Numbered from the stretch's first letter, positions 1 through 7,678 are shown. The stretch is DNA of 16,407 nucleotides from Candidatus Aenigmatarchaeota archaeon (GCA_038999725.1 JAWBWS010000007.1:1-16407), one strand, 5' to 3'. Notes: generated from the letters alone by a model not told the origin. Numbers and translations: made by a program.

Positions 1-217
1 CAACATCTTGTTTTTTAGCTTCACTAAAATCTTTTCCAAGCAACTCTCTGAGAGTTTTCAAGAAATAAATGTACTTGTAAATCCTTCCTTTCGAATAACT
101 GTTAGTTTCCAACTTCCTCACAAACTCTTTAACTTTTTCATAAGTTCTTTCATCTATTTGTTTAATTGCCAACAATCCCCTTTCTATTCCTTTCTCATAA
201 CCATAAAGTTCAGGCAT
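1..217 (-). CDS. Probable tyrosine recombinase/integrase, N-terminal part (truncated by window edge)
   Basis: Not in the ORF track. Manual translation from ATG at 217: MPELYGYEKGIERGLLAIKQIDERTYEKVKEFVRKLETNSYSKGRIYKYIYFLKTLRELLGKDFSEAKKQDV..., open to the edge. The 'S..RI.KY...LK.L...LGKDF..A...DV' pattern resembles the N-terminal domain of archaeal integrases. It starts ~60 nt after a tRNA 3' end. Catalytic residues lie outside the window. Confidence 0.65.
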   Translation of the reverse strand, partial: MPELYGYEKGIERGLLAIKQIDERTYEKVKEFVRKLETNSYSKGRIYKYIYFLKTLRELLGKDFSEAKKQDV

Positions 218-275
218 GATTTTAGCCTTGTTTTGATTGCTTATAAATGCCAAATGGGAATTGTAGAAATAAGCA

Positions 276-382
276 TGCCCCGCCTGGGATTTGAACCCAG
301 GTTACAGCCTTTCATCTTTTGATCAAACCTTTCGAACTTAATCGAAAGGGCCGTGTCCTTGACCGGACTAGACGAGCGGGGC
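276..382 (-). tRNA. tRNA-Glu(TTC) with a 32-nt intron at 37/38 (intron approx. 311-342)
   Basis: Reverse complement: acceptor GCCCCGC/GCGGGGC, discriminator A, anticodon stem CGGCC/GGCTG, loop CT-TTC-G[intron]A, 4-nt variable region, T-arm CTGGG-TTCAAAT-CCCAG. No CCA encoded. Confidence 0.9.
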
Positions 383-429
383 AATTAAAAAACTATTTGG
401 CTTGAAAGTTAAAAAAGTTTTTCTCAAAA

Positions 430-1056
430 TTATTTAGACTTCAATTTTTCTATTTCAGGCTCAAGAATAGACCAAATCTCTTCATGAACCTCTTTCATAC
501 TCTTACTTGCATCAATCACATACCATCTCGCTTCTTTGTTTTCTCTTGCAAGCTTGAGAAAAATTTCCCTTGTTTTCTCCAGAATTTCCCTCTCCTTTTC
601 TATTCTCTCCAGAATTTCCTTCTTGCTGAAATCTTCTAAGCTGAGTTGTCTTACCCTTGACAAAGTTGTCTCAACAGGCACATCCATCAAGAAAACTATA
701 TCTGGTTTGATGAAATATTTTTCAATTTGCATGAGCCAATCTAAAGGAACACCTTTAGCAGCCTGGTAGGCAAAATTGCTGTAGCAATAGCGATCTGTGA
801 TTAAAACCTGCCCAGCTTCAAGTAAAGCTTTGATTCTTTCTTGAGATGAGCCTCTATCAGCAGCGTAAAGCAAAGATAAAGTTAAAGCATCAAGCTGGAG
901 CCTTTTAGTTAACTTTGCTATATCATTATCAAAATCTGGAAAGCTCAATGTTGTGAAGGGAATTTTCCTTATTAATAGCTCTTCTGTTACCATTTTTATG
1001 TGGGTCTTCTTTCCCGAGCCGGTTATTCCCTCAAAAGCTATGAAAATACCCCTCAT
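430..1056 (-). CDS. tmk: Thymidylate kinase family protein with atypical P-loop
   Basis: Motifs FIAFEGITGSGKKT, LLYAADR, TDRYCYSNFAYQ and KPDIVFLMDVP are typical of dTMP kinases. ATG at 1056 preferred over the upstream TTG at 1062. Confidence 0.85.
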   Translation of the reverse strand: MRGIFIAFEGITGSGKKTHIKMVTEELLIRKIPFTTLSFPDFDNDIAKLTKRLQLDALTLSLLYAADRGSSQERIKALLEAGQVLITDRYCYSNFAYQAAKGVPLDWLMQIEKYFIKPDIVFLMDVPVETTLSRVRQLSLEDFSKKEILERIEKEREILEKTREIFLKLARENKEARWYVIDASKSMKEVHEEIWSILEPEIEKLKSK

Positions 1057-1083
1057 GGGCAATTTTTTATACTAGCCGTCTAT

Positions 1084-1632
1084 TTAAATACTTTTCCATT
1101 CCTCTTTCAGCAAACCATACATAAATTCATCATACCATTTCCTTGAAAATTTTCCTTTCCAATGCTCCCTTAACTTACCTTCCAGCTTGAAGCCAAATTT
1201 TTCAAGTAAATGAGAAGACCTCTTGTTTGGTTCACAAACTCGTGCGTAAATTTTATGCAACTTAAGCTTCTTGAAACCAAACTCCAAAATAAGTTTAACT
1301 GCTTCACTCATTAAACCTTGGCCCCAATACTTTCTAGCTAACCAATATCCCAACTCAGCGTTTTCATTTGTTTTGTTGATGTTCACTAGGGCTACACCAC
1401 CTATTATTTCCCCTGTTTCTTTCAAAAATATGGAAAATTCATAACCTTCCTTCTTCTTCATTCTTCTCCTTGCTCTCTTGATAAAATCTTTAGCATGCTC
1501 AAGTTTATATGGATAGGGAATTGTAGTGAATCTTGCTACAGCTTTGTCGTTTATGTACCTACAAAGATTTTTTACATCTTCCATCTCAGGAATTTTCAAG
1601 ACAATTCTTTCGCCATTTATTTTCAAGCTCAT
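1084..1632 (-). CDS. RimJ/RimL-type GNAT N-acetyltransferase
   Basis: Motifs ELGYWLARKYWGQGLMSEA, N..S..LLEKFGFKLEGKLREH. Confidence 0.9.
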   Translation of the reverse strand: MSLKINGERIVLKIPEMEDVKNLCRYINDKAVARFTTIPYPYKLEHAKDFIKRARRRMKKKEGYEFSIFLKETGEIIGGVALVNINKTNENAELGYWLARKYWGQGLMSEAVKLILEFGFKKLKLHKIYARVCEPNKRSSHLLEKFGFKLEGKLREHWKGKFSRKWYDEFMYGLLKEEWKSI

Positions 1633-1660
1633 AACTTCACCACAATTGAGTGAAGTGGAA

Positions 1661-1751
1661 TGGGCACGCCCGGATTTGAACCGGGGACCTACCGGTTATC
1701 AGCTTCAACAGGCATGCTTCGGTTGCTCCAACCAGGCTAAGCTACGTGCCC
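1661..1751 (-). tRNA. tRNA-Ile(GAT) with a 16-nt non-canonical intron at 30/31 (intron 1704-1719)
   Basis: Reverse complement: GGGCACG/CGTGCCC acceptor, ACCG[AAGCATGCCTGTTGAA]G-CT-GAT-AA-CCGGT anticodon arm, T-arm CCCGG-TTCAAAT-CCGGG. BHB motif: helix CAAC/GTTG with bulges CG|A and AA|G. Confidence 0.93.
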
Positions 1752-1796
1752 CTAACAGATTTTAATATTATATTATTTCTACTTATGTTTTATTGA
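1752..1796. promoter_or_regulatory. AT-rich divergent promoter region between tRNA-Ile and tRNA-Ala
   Basis: 45-nt, nearly all A/T spacer between head-to-head tRNAs. TATA-like TTTAATA lies about 30 nt upstream of tRNA-Ala. Confidence 0.55.
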
Positions 1797-1892
1797 GGGC
1801 CGGTAGATCAATGGTAGAATTAAGCCAAAATCGTCTCCTTCGCAAGGGAATTTTTGCAGAGAAGGCTCCGGGTTCGAATCCCGGCCGGTCCA
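1797..1892 (+). tRNA. tRNA-Ala(CGC) with two 12-nt non-canonical introns at 22/23 (1818-1829) and 40/41 (1848-1859)
   Basis: Acceptor GGGCCGG/CCGGTCC with the G3:U70 Ala determinant. Removing AATTAAGCCAAA restores D-stem GATC/GATC. Removing GAATTTTTGCAG restores anticodon stem TCTCC/GGAGA. Anticodon CGC at 1841-1843. T-arm CCGGG-TTCGAAT-CCCGG. Confidence 0.92.
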
Positions 1893-1953
1893 TTCTTTAC
1901 CATTTGGAGGAAAAAACAGTAATAAAATCTCGTGGATGCTCAGCTTTTAACTT

Positions 1954-2292
1954 TTAAAACCTCATCAAGCTTTCCACTAACTTTTTGGTTGCTTCTTCCT
2001 GTTCTGGCTCTGGTCTCAAGATTTCTCTGACCATCCTCTCTATTGTCTTCCTTTTCTCTATTTCACCCATCTCAACTATTGCCTTGAATGGTTCGGCAAC
2101 TTTCCCAATCAACTTCTCAAGCTCTGTCATTTGCTTCCTCATCTCAATCAAGGCACACCAGAGCTGAGCAGCTTTCACATCTTCGGCCTGCATGAAAGCA
2201 CATTTATGCTTCTTAGTAGAATCAAGAAGCTGGGCAAGTATCTCTTTATCACTTTCATTCAAACAATCTTTCCAATCTTTTTCTTCCATCAT
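1954..2292 (-). CDS. Hypothetical protein (helical, coiled-coil-like)
   Basis: 112-aa charged ORF with plausible composition; no motif recognised. Confidence 0.75.
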   Translation of the reverse strand: MMEEKDWKDCLNESDKEILAQLLDSTKKHKCAFMQAEDVKAAQLWCALIEMRKQMTELEKLIGKVAEPFKAIVEMGEIEKRKTIERMVREILRPEPEQEEATKKLVESLMRF

Positions 2293-2401
2293 ACTATTTT
2301 AAATGAACAATAAGCTTTAAATTCTTTACCACTGTTAGGTTAGTAATTTTGTAGTTTTTTGAAATACTATTGATTTATATTCTGAAAACCAACTATATTT
2401 A

Positions 2402-2686
2402 ATGATAGGTCTAGCTGAAACAATTCACTTCGATTTTCTCATCTTTAGCTTAGGCTTTATGGCAACAAAACTTGTAACTAGAAGGCTTCCTAAACTCGGA
2501 CTTTTTATTGTTGGGGGAAAAAAGAAAATAAAAATTCACCATGCTTACTTAGGAGCAATTGCTGCTTTTTTCTCAGCCATCACAGGTCAAGCCATTTTAC
2601 TAAACATAAGCCTTGGAACCATGTTCGATGATATTTTGTATCATTTGAGAAACTGGATATCAAAAATTTTTAGGAAAACTAAATGA
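2402..2686 (+). CDS. Small membrane protein
   Basis: 94 aa with hydrophobic segments and a KIHHAYLG motif; AT-rich TATA-like stretch upstream. Confidence 0.7.
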   Translation: MIGLAETIHFDFLIFSLGFMATKLVTRRLPKLGLFIVGGKKKIKIHHAYLGAIAAFFSAITGQAILLNISLGTMFDDILYHLRNWISKIFRKTK

Positions 2687-3389
2687 ACTTGGTTATTCCA
2701 GGCTTCAGATCTTTCTCCGTGTCTATTACAACTATCTCTTTATTTAAAGGCAAGGCAACATTAAAAATCGGTACAGTATCAACCCATGCACGCTTTAAGC
2801 CCTTGTGAGAATGCCCTGTTAAAACTAGAGTTGGCTTTCTGTTTATCAAAACTTGCTCATAAGCTATTGAACCCATATTTTTGTAAAAATTTGGATTTTC
2901 CCCTTCTAGAATCTTGTAAGTTGGTGCATAGTGCGTCATGAGGATTGAGATGTTCGTTTTCACCCTTTGGAGCAAGGTATCAACAAGAGTAACCCTAGAG
3001 CGATAAATGTTTTCTATGTTTGGCACATTTGCTTTTTGCCATCTCGTTGGTTCATCCAAGCTTCCAGTAGTTCCAACAATTCCCACTGTTAAAGAGCCGA
3101 TTTGCAACACAGTAGCTTCATCGTCCAAAAACTTTATATCTTTATATTTTTGCTTCAATTGCTCTCTCAAATCTTGATATTCATTATTTCCAAAACATGC
3201 AACTATAGGACAAGTTATCTTGCCGAAGAAAACATTATAAACTCTTTCATACTCTTCTATTTGACCTCTCTCCACCATATCTCCCAACAAAAGCATGAGC
3301 TGAGGTTTTACTTTTAATTCATCAACAGCTCTAACAAAATCTTCAAAATAGCGAGGTGAATGTACATCGCTTGTGGCTGCTATTATCAT
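2679..3389 (-). CDS. Calcineurin-like metallophosphoesterase
   Basis: Motifs SDVH, LGDMV, FGNNE, THY and GHSH. Confidence 0.9.
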   Translation of the reverse strand: MIIAATSDVHSPRYFEDFVRAVDELKVKPQLMLLLGDMVERGQIEEYERVYNVFFGKITCPIVACFGNNEYQDLREQLKQKYKDIKFLDDEATVLQIGSLTVGIVGTTGSLDEPTRWQKANVPNIENIYRSRVTLVDTLLQRVKTNISILMTHYAPTYKILEGENPNFYKNMGSIAYEQVLINRKPTLVLTGHSHKGLKRAWVDTVPIFNVALPLNKEIVVIDTEKDLKPGITKFI

Positions 3390-3493
3390 TTTTCCCTAAT
3401 AATTAATTGGGTTGTTGTAAGAAAAACTCTTTTGATAAAGTTTATAACCCTATGGTAGTAAAATATTTAAAGTTTTCTAACAATAGGAAAATT

Positions 3494-5410
3494 ATGAATA
3501 TCAAGATTTTGATTATAAGTTTAGCTATTCTTTTAATTTTACCAGAGGTTACACGAGCTATTTGTGATGCTTATGACCAAACATACAGACACAAATCTGC
3601 TATTTTCTACGTTACCAATGCAAGAAAAATTAGAGTAACTGTCTACAATTCAATGCAAGATGTATATTCAAGATATTTCAGTGCCTGGATAAAGGTTGAT
3701 GGAAAATATATAAATTTGGATGGTGCTCCTTTTTCACCAGATGAATGGGAGAAGGGATGGATTTTTCCAAGTCCTTCATATAGGTATAGATTGACTTCAG
3801 GTTATTTGACTGAGGCAGAATACGACTTGACACCTTATGCATCAAATGGTTATACTGGTGAGGTTGAAGTGAGGGTAAGTAGTGATTGCTATGAGGTTTA
3901 TCAAAGAGATCCTTGTTTCTGTTGGACTGCAAAAGTTGAAGTTATTGAATATCAGCCCTATCCCCCTATCCAATATTGCTATCTTGACATTCATATTAAT
4001 GATAACTATGGCAATCCTCTGAAAGCTCACATTTATGTTGATGGAAGTTACTTAGATTATGCCTCTAATGCAATAATAAATGTTCAAGTAGGAACTCATG
4101 TTGTCGTAGCAAATAAGAATGGTTACAACTCTGTTAGCAAAAGTGTAAGTTGTTCTTGTAGCGAAACCAAAAAAGTTGAGATAGTTTTAACTCCAGTTCA
4201 AGTTTGCATTCCAGGGGAAATTAGGAATAGATATTGTGCTTGCTCCACCCAAATCGCTTATGAAAGATGTAAAGCAGATGGCTCAGGCTGGGAAACAGTA
4301 ATAGAAAATTGTGATTTTGGCTATGTTTGTGAAAATGGTTATTGTGTATTGGAAAAAGATGGTTGGTATGATACTGGTAGAGAAAGATGTAATCTTTTTG
4401 GAGTAGAGTGTGGGAGTGGCACAAGAGAGAAAGAGCAAGAATATAGGGATTACACTTGCATCGGAGCGACATGCACTTATATTGTTAAGGAAAGAAGATG
4501 GATTAGTGTGGGCTCTTGCTATCAAGGTTGTGATCCTGGATATACTTGCCAAGCAGGATATTGCATGAAAATCTCAACACCACCAACTTGTGAAGCAAGA
4601 TACCTTAATGAATTCAAGTGTTTTGGAAATTGGGTACAAAGAAAATACATTTATTCTGACTGCTCAATTAGCTGGAGGAATTGGGAATATTGTAGCTACG
4701 GATGTTCAGATGGAACATGCTTACCAAGACTAGAAGAGCCTTGTAAGATTAGCATAAACGTTGAGACACCTAGCGATGCTTCAGTTGGGGAGCTTATAGC
4801 AACTACTCTAAAACTGAGAAATTATGGAGATGTTGATGGGTATGTAAGCTTTGATGCCTATGTTTGTAATACAGATGCTTACTGCATACCAATGGATTGT
4901 GAGGTCGACCCAACAGTTTATCTTCCAGCTCACAGCACGAGAAGTTTAACTTGTACTGCAAGAGTTCAAGAAGCTGGAAGATATGAAGTGAAAGTTTCTT
5001 ACGGGGGATGTGAAAAAAGTGGCACAATTTACTCTGGAGTTTTCTCGATAAAAGAAAAGAAAACAAGATGTTTTGCTGATTATTTGGATGAATTTAAATG
5101 TTCAGGCAACTGGAGACTTCAGCTCTACAAGTATTCTGATTGCTCAACAGGTTGGGTTTATGTTGAATATTGCTCAAACGGTTGTGAGAATGGTTATTGC
5201 TTGCCCAAACCAACAACCACAACATTACCTGTTCAAGAAAAATTTGAAGAAGCTGCACCTTCAACAGGGTTGATTGTTTGGAGCAATGAACTTACAATTG
5301 CTTCATTACTTTTAGCTTTATTCATAGCAATTTTGGTAACAAGTTGGTTGTGGAAAGATGGAAAATTCAGAAGAAGACAAAAGCCTGAGTGGTTTAGAAA
5401 ATGTTTTTGA
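3494..5410 (+). CDS. Secreted, membrane-anchored cysteine-rich surface protein (PEGA-like segment, repeated Cys modules, Ig-like segment)
   Basis: ATG at 3494 gives a signal peptide (MNIKILIISLAILLILPEVTRA). PEGA-like segment HIYVDGSYLD...VQVGTHVVVANKNGY. Many Cys residues, a PTTTT linker, and a C-terminal TM helix followed by a basic tail. Confidence 0.85.
   Translation: MNIKILIISLAILLILPEVTRAICDAYDQTYRHKSAIFYVTNARKIRVTVYNSMQDVYSRYFSAWIKVDGKYINLDGAPFSPDEWEKGWIFPSPSYRYRLTSGYLTEAEYDLTPYASNGYTGEVEVRVSSDCYEVYQRDPCFCWTAKVEVIEYQPYPPIQYCYLDIHINDNYGNPLKAHIYVDGSYLDYASNAIINVQVGTHVVVANKNGYNSVSKSVSCSCSETKKVEIVLTPVQVCIPGEIRNRYCACSTQIAYERCKADGSGWETVIENCDFGYVCENGYCVLEKDGWYDTGRERCNLFGVECGSGTREKEQEYRDYTCIGATCTYIVKERRWISVGSCYQGCDPGYTCQAGYCMKISTPPTCEARYLNEFKCFGNWVQRKYIYSDCSISWRNWEYCSYGCSDGTCLPRLEEPCKISINVETPSDASVGELIATTLKLRNYGDVDGYVSFDAYVCNTDAYCIPMDCEVDPTVYLPAHSTRSLTCTARVQEAGRYEVKVSYGGCEKSGTIYSGVFSIKEKKTRCFADYLDEFKCSGNWRLQLYKYSDCSTGWVYVEYCSNGCENGYCLPKPTTTTLPVQEKFEEAAPSTGLIVWSNELTIASLLLALFIAILVTSWLWKDGKFRRRQKPEWFRKCF
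4589..5206 (+). repeat. Two copies of a 46-aa six-Cys module (4589-4726 and 5069-5206)
   Basis: CEARYLNEFKCFGNWVQRKYIYSDCSISWRNWEYCSYGCSDGTCLP vs CFADYLDEFKCSGNWRLQLYKYSDCSTGWVYVEYCSNGCENGYCLP; same length and Cys spacing. Confidence 0.9.
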
Positions 5411-5413
5411 ATG

Positions 5414-5486
5414 TGGCCTTGCCTCGTGCATCTGTCTCCTTGCTTGCTTGACTCATCGCTTAACAGAGGCGTCAAAAGCAAGGCTA
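5414..5486. other. GC-enriched structured intergenic element between convergent genes
   Basis: Terminal stem TGGCCTTGC/GCAAGGCTA, plus internal complementary pairs TTGAC/GTCAA and TCTGT/ACAGA. Confidence 0.4.
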
Positions 5487-6545
5487 TTTATCTCTTAGTT
5501 TTTCTTCAATAAAAAATTTAATCAAGAGCTTTAGCTTACCTGCATAAGCCTGCCCTCTCTCCATTATGAATTTTGAAATTGCTCCATTATAGCCATAGTT
5601 CTTCCCACCAATCCCCCTGAGGAAAGTATGTTCAATTTTTGTTTGAGTGAAGCCATATCTCGGGGTTCTATAGAAGAGTATGGTCTTTTCTTCACAACCA
5701 AGTTGTTTGCTTAACTCTTCAAGCTCCTCTTTTTCTATGGACAAGTATAAATCACACCGCCTATGATCAAGCTCCTCTATTAATGTCTCGAGAAGTTTAC
5801 GGCTGTGGAGGAATGATCCCTTCCATTTCATGAGACCAAACTCTAATAACTGAATGGATAGTTCTGTTGCAATCCTCCCCACACCCAAAGAGTACTCAGC
5901 ATACTCTACTTCACTGTAATTTTCTAGCTCCTCTTCTCTTGGAAAGCTCTCATTACATAATTCTTTCCTCAAGCCTCTTGCCGAATAATCAACACCCACT
6001 AAAACTATTGGTGGTACAGGATCTCTCAATAAATTAGGGTTTTCATGTTGGGATTCTATCACTCTTTTAATTTCCTTGAAATTGTTTTTGTGAAATTCGT
6101 CTATTAGATTTGGTGGGAAAACTCTACTACCCTCAATCTTTTTGACTTTAAATAAATTTTCCCTTAATTTGCTTATTCTTATCATCTCAAGATAAGCTTT
6201 TCTTCTTTCAAGGACTGTGTAAATTTCTTCTCCCACAGGAACAACTGGATAATAATTGTTGAAGTGCTCATAAAAAGGATCGGAGAGTTGGGTTGAGACA
6301 TCTGCCATTAGGATTTTGGTGTAGGTTATTATTGTTTTGTAAGTTTCTTTTAAATTTTCTTCATTAACTTTATACTTCAATTTTTTCAAGACTTCTCTCA
6401 CCATTTCCTTAAATTCTCGGGTAGAAAGACAAAAGTTAAGGTCTACTTGATTCTCCAATTTGTACCATTTTGGATGAATTTCTGGTATTTCTTGAAGACT
6501 CCAATCGTTGTTATATAAAACTTTCGCTTCTTCCATTTCTAACAC
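5484..6545 (-). CDS. Hypothetical protein (orphan); start may be ATG at 6536
   Basis: 353-aa ORF with normal composition; no family recognised. Confidence 0.75.
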   Translation of the reverse strand: MLEMEEAKVLYNNDWSLQEIPEIHPKWYKLENQVDLNFCLSTREFKEMVREVLKKLKYKVNEENLKETYKTIITYTKILMADVSTQLSDPFYEHFNNYYPVVPVGEEIYTVLERRKAYLEMIRISKLRENLFKVKKIEGSRVFPPNLIDEFHKNNFKEIKRVIESQHENPNLLRDPVPPIVLVGVDYSARGLRKELCNESFPREEELENYSEVEYAEYSLGVGRIATELSIQLLEFGLMKWKGSFLHSRKLLETLIEELDHRRCDLYLSIEKEELEELSKQLGCEEKTILFYRTPRYGFTQTKIEHTFLRGIGGKNYGYNGAISKFIMERGQAYAGKLKLLIKFFIEEKLRDK

Positions 6546-6577
6546 TTAACTTAGGTAAATTTTTAAAAGATTTAAGT

Positions 6578-7054
6578 TTAACCAAAAGTCAAGCTAACCC
6601 AATCACCAATATAGTGGGTTATTGCCACAACAGCCAAAGCAATAATCAAATGCTCGGCCACAACTTTCCAAGTCTTCTTCTTCTGTTTTTTTGCCATGTG
6701 ATAGCTGAGCAGGCTTAGCAAAGATAGCCCCCACACCACACTTATTAAAATTGCGGTTTTGAGCTCGAAAAGCAGTATTGGTAGTATAAAACTCATGGCA
6801 AAAATGAATTTGGAAAGGAAGGTTGAAAGAGTTGACTGCCACACTTCTTTTTCTGTATGTTTATTTTCAGATTCTTCTGAGATGTGGATGCCCAAAGCAT
6901 CGGAGAAAGCATCAGCTATTGCTATTGTTAGGATTCCTCCAATTATCGCTAAAGTAGAATGGGTTCCAGAGTGGAGACCAACTATTAAGCCCAAAGTCGT
7001 GATTATGCCTGAGGTTGAACCAAAGCTGAATCCTATTTTTATAGGATGCTTCAT
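6578..7054 (-). CDS. VIT1/CCC1 family transporter (short form)
   Basis: FGSTSGIITTLGLIVG and IAIADAFSDALGIHISEESE motifs; about 5 TM segments. Confidence 0.8.
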   Translation of the reverse strand: MKHPIKIGFSFGSTSGIITTLGLIVGLHSGTHSTLAIIGGILTIAIADAFSDALGIHISEESENKHTEKEVWQSTLSTFLSKFIFAMSFILPILLFELKTAILISVVWGLSLLSLLSYHMAKKQKKKTWKVVAEHLIIALAVVAITHYIGDWVSLTFG

Positions 7055-7089
7055 ATCATTAATTTTTTAATTCAGAATTTAAATGATAA

Positions 7090-7503
7090 TCATGCAAGCA
7101 AAGTTGAAAGCTCTTTCAAAACACTTTGAACTGATGTTGCCAAATTCTTAATTCTCTTTATTTCATTCAAACCAAACCATCTATATTCAATATGATCCCT
7201 TTCCCCAAGTTTTACCTTAAGAGTTTTGGGTCTACATAAAAAAGATAGGACAAGTTCGTGCTCTTTATCAGATCTTATAGTTGAGCCTATTCCAAGGAGC
7301 TTTTCTACTTTTACATCCAGGTTCGTCTCTTCCTTAACTTCCCTTTCAGCAGTTTCAGATGGGTGTTCGCCATATTCTATCTTCCCAGATGGGAATTCCC
7401 ACACATCTGGCTTTTTTCTGTGAAGCAAAAGCACCTTCTTACCTTTTATCACAACACCCGAAACAAATATCTTAATAAATCCTTTAGGCGTTTTAAATCT
7501 CAT
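7090..7503 (-). CDS. Nudix hydrolase
   Basis: Nudix box GKIEYGEHPSETAEREVKEETNL. Confidence 0.92.
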   Translation of the reverse strand: MRFKTPKGFIKIFVSGVVIKGKKVLLLHRKKPDVWEFPSGKIEYGEHPSETAEREVKEETNLDVKVEKLLGIGSTIRSDKEHELVLSFLCRPKTLKVKLGERDHIEYRWFGLNEIKRIKNLATSVQSVLKELSTLLA

Positions 7504-7621
7504 AAGAAAAATTTATTTTCACATTTAAAAAACCTAAATAGAAAGTGTTTTTTAATTTAAATCATTCAACAATTTCTCAAAAAGATTAAAGATTTAAATT
7601 AAAAACACGAAAACTATTTTT

Positions 7622-7678
7622 GAGGTAAATGAAAGGTGACCATCGGGTACAAGCTTGACCTTTATCTACTTCTACCTC
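7622..7678 (+). promoter_or_regulatory. Putative structured 5' leader of valS
   Basis: TATA-like TTTAAAT at 7593-7599, followed by complementary arms AAAGGT/ACCTTT and GAGGTA/TACCTC upstream of the valS start. Confidence 0.35.

Noticed and set aside
8..322. 104-aa plus-strand ORF in the track
   Set aside because: Antisense to the integrase-like ORF and overlaps tRNA-Glu; F/S/L-rich shadow composition.
1526..1765. 79-aa plus-strand ORF
   Set aside because: It is the antisense read of tRNA-Ile and the GNAT start.
2679..2686. 8-nt convergent gene overlap
   Set aside because: Common in compact archaeal genomes.
3407..3493. N-terminal extension of the 667-aa ORF from TTG 3407
   Set aside because: ATG 3494 places the signal peptide at the N-terminus; the upstream stretch looks like a divergent promoter region.
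5414..5486. Hammerhead, pistol, HDV or SECIS identity for the structured element
   Set aside because: Only partial matches (GCGATGA-GTC..GAC, TAAGCG). The required CUGAUGA/GAAA core, pseudoknot partners or stem II are absent.
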